A stretch of DNA of 64,000 nt from Takakia lepidozioides. Its lineage: Eukaryota; Plantae; Bryophyta. The stretch is from assembly GCA_030704615.1 (NCBI GenBank), contig CM060731.1:682001-746000 (forward strand). The letters run 5' to 3'. Below are positions 37,790 through 48,304 of the stretch, piece after piece. Positions within the stretch are counted from its first letter, which is position 1. Each line of letters opens with the position of its first letter. The notes beneath the pieces were generated by a model. The model was not told the origin of the DNA, made no database searches, and saw nothing but the letters and a program-made list of their open reading frames with translations. Both the position numbers and the translations under genes were made by a program.

Positions 37790-38545
37790 ATGAGACTGGG
37801 ATACGATAATTGGGAACCTCCACTACCCAGTGGAGGTTCGATATTTCTTTGGGTTAGCCAGTTACACACTATGATTAGTTTTAATGTTAGAATGAGAAAG
37901 AGGAACGAGGGTGGGGAACCGGTGTCTGACGATGAGTACAAGACAGCTAGATTAAATTGGAGCAAGAGACGGTGTTCAGTAGACGTGATGGAAGCGGACC
38001 GTCCAGATCAAAAACATGGTGTTTCGGAACCAGATGAAAAATCCAGTTGGGGGTCTACCGAGCCGAACAAAGTGTCTGTCAATGACAAAAATGTTACTGT
38101 AGAACCCCCGCGGAACGCATCCGAATCTCCGAGCAATACACCTGAAGTCATCTGTAAGGATACCCTGGCGGAAATAAGAGAAAGCGTTCATGTAAACAAT
38201 GATATCAACGGATCTCCTGCCTACTCCCAAGATTATCCAACATACACCCCTTCAGATCATTCCCCAGACACATTGGCGGCGATACGAGTGACCGTTTTTG
38301 GATATCCAGCATCTCTGGGTTACTCGCCAGCATCTCCTGAATCCACATCAGGATCTGAAAGATATTATCCTCCAAACTTCCTCCTGGACACTGAAACGAG
38401 CGGGGGAGTCCTGGAACTACTGGACGTCTCCGGATCTCCAGGATACTCCCTTGCGTCTCCTGATAGTATCACCGGATCCCCAAAATATACCCCTCCAGAC
38501 TATTCGCCTGATACACTCAGAGAGATAATAAGGAGCATTATGTAG
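37790..38545 (+). CDS. Ser/Pro/Tyr-rich ORF with Pol II CTD-like repeats
   Basis: Contains GYSPASPES, GYSLASPDS, SPAYSQDYPTYTPSDHSPDTL and SPKYTPPDYSPDTL (internal duplication). True start probably MRKRNEG at 37892. Confidence 0.5.
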   Translation: MRLGYDNWEPPLPSGGSIFLWVSQLHTMISFNVRMRKRNEGGEPVSDDEYKTARLNWSKRRCSVDVMEADRPDQKHGVSEPDEKSSWGSTEPNKVSVNDKNVTVEPPRNASESPSNTPEVICKDTLAEIRESVHVNNDINGSPAYSQDYPTYTPSDHSPDTLAAIRVTVFGYPASLGYSPASPESTSGSERYYPPNFLLDTETSGGVLELLDVSGSPGYSLASPDSITGSPKYTPPDYSPDTLREIIRSIM

Positions 38546-38867
38546 TTATTGGGTATATAATCTAGAATCGTCTGAATATAGTGCGAGAAGTTCCTTAGTA
38601 TATTTTGGACGAATTAGATTCGAAGATTTCTATTGTAGATTAGTCATGTTTCAGGATGATGTACTCAATGGCTCCTAAGCCTCATTTTCATTAAAGTTTT
38701 TTTCTTCAACATCTGAAAAAAATGGAGGATTTCGCATTTCATGTGGAAATACTCGTACATACGAACCTCCACTGTCCAGTGGAGGTTCTCATTTCTGGAA
38801 TGATGGATGCTAGTAAGAGAGATCTTGTTATTTGATTATCTAATAAATTTGTGTTTGGTTGTAACAG

Positions 38868-41800
38868 AAGACATCATACACCACCAAATTGCGTCCCGGG
38901 ATTGATTGGAGATATTTGTGGCGCATTCGTATGCCGGAAGTCCTCACATTTCAAAACTGAGCATACCGCTATTTTTGAGCTTAACCCAGAGGTGACAGAT
39001 TGGGGCATCGTGCTTGTCGGTACACCTCCTGATCACAAATTGTCTTTTCATTATAGAAGTCTTGGAGTAATAACAGACTTAAAATACGCAGAAGCTCTCG
39101 ATATAGAGCTTGAATCTGAAGAGGAAAACCCGATGTTGGTTTTGTTCCTGCATGAGGATGCGAGAACCCCCAGGACGTTTGGTTTCAAAGTGGAGGTGGG
39201 TCGTCTGAACAAGTCGTTGATGAGTGAATGCGTTGCACTGGGTTTTAGATTTCCAGACGAGGGCTCTGTATTTACAGACGTAGGTTTGTCGAGGGCCTGG
39301 AGTATTTTTCTGGATCTTCTGCACGCAATGGGGAACGACATTCGCAAGAAACGAGCACTAGAGGAAGCATCAAAGCCGAAGAGGGAAAAATGCAAGCCGT
39401 CGACAGCCGGCAATGATGACAATGAGGCCGGGACTTCCGCAGGAAAGAAGAAACAGAAGGAGGATCAGGATCCAGCATTGATGTCAGATAACAAGAGACC
39501 TAAAGCTAGGGAGATTTTTGACAAGGAAAAATGCGAGAAGATGGAGGAGAGGCTCAAGAAAGAATACAATGATGTATTTCCATTCGGATTCGAGAGTACC
39601 TTCCTTGTGAAGGTTTCCATGATGGAACTAGCTCCAAGGAGCATGGTTTACAGGCCGTTAAATATCAAGCATAAAGACGAAGTGAAAGCGCGACTCTTCC
39701 AACTTCATTTGTTCAACTCCAAACATCCGGTGTATCTTGCGCCAATCAACCCTTCCAATCCCGAGAAGATTGCTTCATCGCGACCGAAGCAATGGAAGGA
39801 GATGGACGTATCAAGGTTCTTCGTAATTGGTGGACAACACACCATCGTGGCAGCAAAGGTAATGGACTGCATTTCCTCCCAGACCTCTCTTTTAACGAAC
39901 CTCCATTGGGCAGTGGAGGTTGGTGTTGAACTACAAAATTGGATATGTCCCTACACTTTCAACTCTCTCACCCATTTTACATTAACTGTAGCAGGAACTT
40001 CTCGAGGATCTTTCCGATAGCGAACTGAAGGAGTACTACCGGAAGTGGCATGTGAAGATTGTATGGTCTACCGATGAACAAAAGCTCCTGAAGTTGTCAT
40101 AGCTCCTCAACGATCCCAATAAGGCGCAAAAGTTTGATACAACAATGCCGGAGAAAGTTGCGCATGCGCGAATGTTATTCAACCTGAGGGGGAAGCCAAG
40201 GAAATACAACGATCGTACCACAAAGTCCGAGACGAAACAATGGAAGGTATGCATTTATGGAATCAAAATCTACTATTCACATTCATTTTATGCTAAAGAA
40301 TACTTCTGTTGTCGAAGTGACAACTAATTTATCCTTGAATGAATGTGCAGGAGTTCATGTTTGCCTGTCATTTGATACTAGAAATGGGTAGCATTAAGGA
40401 GGCAATGGTCCTGGTACTTTGCGACGACGACGTTTGGAAGATCTGGGAAGATGTTTTCAAAAACTGGGAGCAGGGAAAGCTACTCGACGCTTGGGATACA
40501 GTACAAGGGTGAACAGCAACAGCTCACGAAATCTGCTATCGCAAAGCTACAAGGGTTGAACAGATGGCAGCTGATAAAAGTTGTGCAGAAAATCCTGGAC
40601 CTGAAATTGACCATTCGAGATTACAAAGGTCAAGACAAATCAATTCAAGGCATGAATAAGTACATAGACGACATGAAAATGCGCCGGTTTATTGTCGACG
40701 ATGTGATGGAAGTGTTGGGGTGGCCTCGGATGAGCAAACAATGCACGGAACCGTACACGAAGGACGAGTGGCGTGAAGTGAAGAGAAAGTAACACTTCAA
40801 TAAGGCAGAGTTCTCAACATTTAAAGACAAACTGGGGACGGATTACATCCAAAGCAAGATCAAGATGAACAGCCAGCGTGGTTGACGCCACATCATTTCC
40901 AAAGGCATGGACCTATAACCGCGGACAGAAGGTATGTGCCTATTTCCGCGGAATGATTTCTCCTTTCTAGTCATTACAGACTACATCTTTAACATCGTGC
41001 CGATCGATTGGATGAATGTAGGATGGATGAATATAACATTGATGAGTGCAAACAATGCGAAGGATTCATGAATGCACGATGGTTGAATGTAGAATGGATG
41101 AATGTAAGGGGAATGAGTGCGAACACTGCGATGGATTGATGTAGTTTTTTTTCCCTGAAAGCAATTTCGAACTTTGTTGGATTTCCTATCTTTCAATATC
41201 ATGTGGGGCCATGTCAACCCGTGAATGTGTGTTTTGTAATTAGTCATTCCGTTCGTACTTGGGACAAATGAACAGTCGCAGCAAGTCAAAATACTTTTAT
41301 GAAGATGAAGAAAGAGTACATAGAAATTTTAAAGGTCAATTTGACTCGGACTCATCATAATATATCCCCGCGTCCTCTGCATCCAAATCCAAAAAATTCA
41401 TAATTTCAGATCTGGGATGTCTACCCCCACGTGCAGATATTCTGGGATCAGGTGATGGAGCCTCGGACATGCGAAGTGTCATTTCTTCTGCATACACAGG
41501 AAGCAAAAACTGGGCAGAGGGCTGTCGAATACGGAATCGGTTTGTGATCCCAAGTGAAGATCCGACCACATGTGGAGATCCGGACACATGTCAGGATCCG
41601 ACCACATGTCGAGATAATCAGGATTCAGGGACACCGCTCAAGTGTTTTCCCTCCATGAACATATATTTTGTGTACTTGCGAACTCGCAAACCCAATGCAA
41701 TTCCCAACATGTCAATTCACAAAACATGAGAATGTGATAATCGGCGGCGATCATCACATTCCCTACAGAGAGTGACTGCTGATGGGAATTCTACTACCTC

Positions 41801-43813
41801 ACAAGTACCACTTTGAAGAAGGTCTAAATGTGACGATCGCCGCCGATCATCACATTTTCTTGAAGATTTCAGTTTCAATCGGGAAATGTAGGACTGAAAC
41901 ACGAAAACAAAACGATACAATTCACATTTTTGGGCGAAATGAAGATTTCTCTACATTCACACACAACAGTTTGAGTGATATGCAGCCCTAAGATCATGTT
42001 TTGATGGACAACTAACTTTGCAAGGGGGGAAAGATGCACGACTTAAACACGAAAGCAAAATAATGTGAACCACATTTCTGGCCGAAATGAAAAATACTCT
42101 GGAAAATCTTGAAGCACTGTAAGTGATGATCGGCACCGATCATCACTTCTATTTTGTTTTTTTAAATAAAAATTAAATATTTTTTAAAATTTATTTATTT
42201 AAAAATTAAAAGAAAAATACGGGGAAAAAAAAAAATAGTGCAGAAGTGATGATCGGTCCCGATCTTTGTTTTTTTTTTGGTTTTTTTTTGTTTAGGAAAA
42301 ATACGGGTTTTTTTTTTTTTTTTTTTTTCTTATTGTTCCAAAAAAAAAATTTGCTCTGGTTTGGTGTTTTGGTAGAGGTAGTCGATCATCTCTTCTGAGA
42401 CAAAACCACTCACGGCTGCTTTTGTTAAGTACGTCTCCTCCATCAAGAAAGCTTATGAGGATAGAGAAGATGCCATGGCAATTATTTCAGCGAGTTTCAA
42501 GACTCATTACGCTATCATGGGTGGAGAAACAAAATTCGCCGATGCCAAGTCCCGTCTGCGACTCGCACCGAAGAAACGGTTTGACAACATAGCGATGGTG
42601 TTCGTCAATACAGTTTCTGAAGACGACTATGTCGTATTTGAGTCCAACGATTATGTGAACATAATGGAGGCCTTTGTGGCTCAGAATATGAACACGAGTG
42701 CTTTTGTTTTCTTCTCGACGCAACCGTCCTCGGCCAATCTGGTCTCCTACATCCGAAATGGTCCCGGAAGAACATCGTATCTTGTCCGTCAGGGATTTTA
42801 TGTTCCGGGAGAGTATGAAAATATTTACAAAAACAGCAAGAAGACTTTCTCTCGGACTGTACTGTGCCTGGACTATGTTTTTCCAGCGACACCTGAGGAG
42901 ATGCAGAATCCGGACGAGCACATCTCCACCGTACTGTTAATCGAGCCAATACAGCCGATTCTGGAAGGGCCCTCTGAGAAGCCATCAGTTTTCCCTGTTT
43001 TGTCGAGACGGGATGTCCGTTGTCAACATCTTCGGAGGCGTGATGTTGACGTACGCCCTTCATGTAAGTGTAAAAAAAAAATACATTTTAAATACGAATT
43101 TTACATTTTTGATCCAACACGTCTTCTGTTTTACTGACTGGGTTTATTTGCAGGCAAGAAACATTCGAGTGCTCGACATCAACCACTCAACCAAGAAAAA
43201 GTTTTGCAAAAAAAAAGTTGAAGCTAATTTTAAGAAGCTTCAAACTGAGAATGACAATGTTGCTGAAGAGGATGACGGCGGAGACGATGATGAGGATGAG
43301 GAGGAGGAAGATGAAGACTTGGAAGAAGGAGGCGGACATTCCGAACACGTATAGGAGGACGAGGGCATCGATGGTAACGGGGACAACGAGGGCCACGATG
43401 GTGACAATGCAGACCGTTGGGAGGCTGGACACCTGGATGTGATTCAGGACTTCAGAACTCAGTCACAGGATGGTATTGAGAACATTACCCAAGACGTTGC
43501 GGTCCACAATGTCGTGATTCTGGATGGGGATTCGTCGAGTTCAAGCGAGAGAACTAAGAGTAATCCTGCTTCACCATCAAGGGGTGCGGAGGCGAGCTCA
43601 ATCGAGGTGCGCGGCAATTTGATTGGGAGTGCAGACGACTGGTTCAAACCTATAGAAGGGGACGAGCCGGCCGCAAAAATGGACAGTGGTGACAGAGGCA
43701 GGACTAAAAACCCGTCTCCAAAAAAAAACAGCGGAGGCAGAGGCCGAACTCAGAGCCCAACTCGCTCTCAAAGTGTCTCCCAGCATGTCAATTTGGATGC
43801 AGATAACGAATGA
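38868..43813 (+). pseudogene. Multi-exon gene: ParB/Srx-like domain plus degenerate amino-methyltransferase-like C-terminal domain and acidic tail
   Basis: Exons ~38868-39858, 39995-40246, 40351-40931, ~42376-43063, 43154-43813. ParB-like RPLN...FFVIGGQHTIVAAK. MTase motif I-like LFCRDGMSVVNIFGG...ARNIRVLDI. Several stops and frameshifts. Confidence 0.55.
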
Positions 43814-44316
43814 CACCTGGAGATTTATGGTGTCTTCAAGCATTATAAATAGAACAAATTGTGTGTATTGCATCTGGTTGTGTTCTGGTTGTGTTTTTGG
43901 CAATACCTGATCTGTATCTTAACATTTCCCACATTCTTGAACTTTACATGTGACTGACGGTAAGAAAACTCGTATAGATCCATGAACGAAAATTGGAGGA
44001 AATCACACAAACCCGGACAGAATCCATCGCAACTCAAACAGTGAGGAGGCAGGTGGACTTAACAATAAGGGCCAGCCCAACTGATCCGGTCAAACAAACA
44101 ACCTCCACTGCCCAATCGACGTTGCGAGATGGAGGAGATGAGTCGAAGATGGTCGTTGCTCACCGCGAAGGAAAAGAGAGCGAGCAGCACCATCAACAAA
44201 TTCGGAACCCCTCCCCGAAACGGGTATACACCTCATAACCATCTTAGCTATGTTCTTCTTTGTCGTTCTTCTAGTTTTCAAAATAAATTAATTGTTCTAT
44301 TATTCCACAGGATGAT

Positions 44317-45048
44317 ATGATTCACCCTCCAATCGACTATGACAAATCTGTGAACCCACAGGATTGGTATCGCCTCTCTGAGGGACCGAAAGGATCTCGA
44401 CCAGGATACTACGTCCTGGTTCTTGACGTCGGTTACCTTGGTGAGGTTTACATCCGAGATGGCCCGAGATCCCCTCCCGCAACCCATCCTTGTGTGTGCA
44501 CTAGAAAATTCAAGCTTGCAGTCCGAAATGGGTTGGACGACTTCCTGAAATGGGTCCTTAAGCATTTTGAGGTCTACTTTTGGAACACTGGACCGTTAGA
44601 AAATGTCCTGGATATAGGGCTGGCTTTGTTTGGAAGAAGGTTTTACAAGGTCAGGGAATTCAGCAATGAGAACTGCGTGAAGCATAGACAAACATTCAGT
44701 GCCGAATGGCCCAAATATCCGAAAACGCCAATATATCTTAAACGTCTCTACGACATTTTCACTGTAGACGACCTTGTAGCGTACAAATCAAACACACTTC
44801 TTATCGACACTGTAGAAAATATGTATAAGTCATACTTGAACCCAAAGTCGCTCGGTATCTTCCTTCCAAAATATAAAGCGCTCGTCGACCCATACAAGGA
44901 CATGTGTCTTCTTGGTGAACTCAAACCGCACCTGGAAGAGTTGCGGTTATCCGGAAAAGACGTTGATATATTCAACGTGGAAAAACCCATAGGATGTCCA
45001 CCGTATAATGACCCAAAGGTCAAATGCCTCTTGCTATGGGATTTGTAG
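44317..45048 (+). CDS. FCP1-like/NIF HAD phosphatase domain protein, copy 1 (degenerate motif I)
   Basis: VLVLDVGYL...VRNGLDDFLKWVLKHFEVYFWNT...NENC...YLKRL...SNTLLIDT...KSYLNP. Confidence 0.7.
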   Translation: MIHPPIDYDKSVNPQDWYRLSEGPKGSRPGYYVLVLDVGYLGEVYIRDGPRSPPATHPCVCTRKFKLAVRNGLDDFLKWVLKHFEVYFWNTGPLENVLDIGLALFGRRFYKVREFSNENCVKHRQTFSAEWPKYPKTPIYLKRLYDIFTVDDLVAYKSNTLLIDTVENMYKSYLNPKSLGIFLPKYKALVDPYKDMCLLGELKPHLEELRLSGKDVDIFNVEKPIGCPPYNDPKVKCLLLWDL

Positions 45049-45164
45049 TGACAGGTTTATCTTAGAAAACAAAAATTTCCTAACGCTTCATTGGAACAGT
45101 TTGAAACGTAGATGACTGCTCTAGATTTTCATGAACCTCGACTGTCCAGTGGACGTTTCTCCCA

Positions 45165-45959
45165 ATGTCAATCCTGTCTTTGGTTTATCTTGATTACCAC
45201 TTGAGTGGATGTATGAATTTCTCACAAATCGCAGCACCAGTTTCTCCAGTTGCGAAAGGATTGCGCTTGATAATTTTTGACATGAATGGAGTTTTGTGCA
45301 AAGTCTTGAAGCACCAGAAGAGCTACTGTGTCCCCCGAATGTCCGAGACAGACTACAAGATACTAGCTCTTGTTGGATTTCGACTTGTCTATAGGCGGGA
45401 AAAATATCGTGAGATGTGGACAGAGTTGAACAAACATTTCCGTCTAGGTATATGGAGCTGCATGATGTACAAGAACTTGCAGCCTATACTGGACTTTATG
45501 CTTCGGGGTCTTCCTCAGCTGGCATTCGTTATGTCTCAGGAAGATTGTATCTCATGTCCTACTTCTGTCTACCCTCAATTTATATCAGGATACGACCCGC
45601 CGAGTCTGTTCTTGAAGCCATTGATGACGGTCTGGCAAAGATTTGGTGGTCAGTACAACCTGAGTAACACTCTACTTATTGACGATTCAACTATTAAGTG
45701 TGTGTTGAACCCGCCTGAATCCTGCTTGATTCTAAAATCGTTTGAATCCGTTGAGACAGACTCTTGCTATCTCCATAAGGTTCTTCAGAAATATTTGCTT
45801 GGAATGAAGAAATCTCACACGATTTCTAGTTATCTCAGGGAAAAGAGGATAGGACTTAAGCCTTGTCAGAATGTTTCCACCGATCCCAAGTTTGAGCCTC
45901 TCCTGGATTATGTTGATGATTCTAATTACGGGAATATCCGATATGATGCTTCAAGATAA
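45165..45959 (+). CDS. FCP1-like/NIF HAD phosphatase domain protein, copy 2
   Basis: LIIFDMNGVL...HFRLGIWSC...FVMSQEDC...FLKPLMTVW...NLSNTLLIDDSTIKCVLNP. Confidence 0.85.
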   Translation: MSILSLVYLDYHLSGCMNFSQIAAPVSPVAKGLRLIIFDMNGVLCKVLKHQKSYCVPRMSETDYKILALVGFRLVYRREKYREMWTELNKHFRLGIWSCMMYKNLQPILDFMLRGLPQLAFVMSQEDCISCPTSVYPQFISGYDPPSLFLKPLMTVWQRFGGQYNLSNTLLIDDSTIKCVLNPPESCLILKSFESVETDSCYLHKVLQKYLLGMKKSHTISSYLREKRIGLKPCQNVSTDPKFEPLLDYVDDSNYGNIRYDASR

Positions 45960-47607
45960 AGATTTTATTGATCAACCACGTCTGTGATTCAATGTTTATT
46001 TTTGATTGGTTTTTTTTATAGGTTGTATTGTTTTTCTAGAAAAACTGTTGTGTACTGTGATTTACTTTTCAATCTGAATTGACATGGAATTGTTTGCTAT
46101 TTCCTAGTTTCATCCAAGCGTTTCTCCACCCCATACCATCCCGATCCTCTGAGATACAGGCCTTCTCCGAAACTCGTCTCGGGGGCTTTTTCAAATCCGA
46201 CAACCTCCACTGTGCAGTGGAGGTTATCCCGTGTCTATACATTGACCTTGTAAGTTCGTTTCTGCAGGTTCATGGCGATGCTGCCGATGCCAATTTCTTG
46301 TCGGGACCTCCATTGGAATCCTCCATATCATAAATTCGTCTACAGAGGGACAACATTCACACTACTATTGAGATTTCTGTCATCGACGGTGAAGCATCAT
46401 CCAGGCACTTGGCTTCCCTTCAATTGCATGACCCTCTTCTTCAGTCCATTCCTGAAAAAGATGTTATGTCGCAAGATTGTTTAGGATTGAATGTCAAAGA
46501 TGGAAGCCAACTTGACAAATGTGCAGGGGATTTCGTGGACCTCACTCTACAATCCTCACGCTCCGTGTTAAGTGTCAATGGTGTGAAATCTACCTCGAGA
46601 ATGTCATCCGTTGAGGACGCGGCTGAGGCTGCGGCTCTGCAGCACAATGTTGCCTCTCTTCCCTCCTTCTCTCCACAGCACGAAGGTTGGACAGCCCAAA
46701 TCAGAAGAAGTCAGGTAAAATTACTTATATCTGAATTCTAACTCGTCCTTTTGTTTTCCTTAGTACTGGGTCTGATGTTCTTGTTTTACTCCAGGCCAGA
46801 AAATCTACGGATTGTGACCTTCCTATCAAACGACGTCTTTATTGGAAATCTGTTCCGAGGTAATCCCTTCGTTATGTGTGAATTCCATTCAGGATGTGGA
46901 GTGCTCAAGGGACAATTTCCATTCCGTTCCCCTTCTCCGAAACCCTTTCGACGAGGACAAAGACGAAACTTCAATTGCAACTTCTGGGCTTCCCGACCCT
47001 GCAGTGTTGGCGCAATGTTCTGCACCGAGGAAGCGGAATAGGGCCCCCAAACCATTTCCATCTCTTCTACAAATTGGTTCCACCGGAGAGAAGTCCTTCG
47101 TCAGAGACAAAGCAGACTCGAGGAAGAAAATGAATACCTCGGATTTACCGGGGTCTCGTCAAAACACGTCCATTGGAATGCCAAGCCCGCCATCGAGACT
47201 TCCAATAAGGCGACATCGGTATTATTTGATATCATTTCTCCACTTTTTTCTTTTTTCTGTTCGTTTGGTTATGCACTAATTAACTCCATCTTTTCTCAAC
47301 AGGCAGGGATGCAGCACGATACCTTCATCAATTTCCCTCCGTACAAGGTACTTTCCTGAACCTCCACTTGGTAGTCGATGTTCCTCTTCTTAGCAATATT
47401 AACCCTCCTCTTCAAACATTCCAAGCCCACAACATTGTGCAGTATTTTGCCATTTTCTACACAATCGTGTTGATCTTCCATACACTCAATCATTCTGGGT
47501 CGTGGGTATTTTTCATGGCAGAAACACTAATGACAGTGTGTGATTAACCTGCTCAGGATAACTTTGTCTCTCATCCTTTACATGCAACAGCGGGGAAGAG
47601 GAAACAG

Positions 47608-48304
47608 ATGTTGTTAGTTTTGAGTGTCAACGGACTCTTCTGCTACCGGCCACCCCCAACCGGCGGTGAACTATTTAAGGAGAAATTTCGTTTCAGGAAT
47701 GTGACACTTCAAGTTCCTGACAGACCATTTGTGGTGCCTCGGCGTGGAGTCTTGGAGTTTCTGGACCTTGCATTGAAGCATTTTCACGTGGCCATTTGGT
47801 CATGTGCTGATAGAGGTGTTCTTTGTAGGATGTTGGAGAGCTTCGTCCCTAAGAAAATAACGAAGAAGTTTTGCTTCATATGGTCTGCTGAGGATTGTAA
47901 GGATACCACCGGTTATATCAGGCCCGAGATGAAATATCTCGTGAAGGATATTCGAAGTGTTATTGTCTGGTATCCTGGTAGACCATTTGCTACGCAGGGG
48001 CAAATACTTCTTGTAGATGATGAGCCATCAAAAGGCCTGTGAAACCCACAAAATACTGGATTCTTCCCTTTCTCATTCAAGCCTTCACCAAACGGATTGC
48101 ATAACCGGGATGATATGACAAAAGCAGTATGGCCATATATATTGGAGATGGCTGGAGCTTCAACAGTCGTTGATTACATTAGCGAGAACCGGGCAAAGTG
48201 TTCTCATAAACCTATTGATCGAGACCATGCCTGCTGGGCCTGGTATGGAAGATATCTTGATCCTCGTATTTGGAACCCACAACAAAAGGAACCTGATTAC
48301 CTTG
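47608..48304 (+). pseudogene. FCP1-like/NIF HAD phosphatase domain, copy 3 (one in-frame TGA, nucleophile Asp lost)
   Basis: LLVLSVNGLF...PRRGVLEFLDLALKHFHVAIWSC...FIWSAEDC...LVKDI...ILLVDDEPSKGL*NPQNT. ORF 48097 continues in the same frame. Confidence 0.75.
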
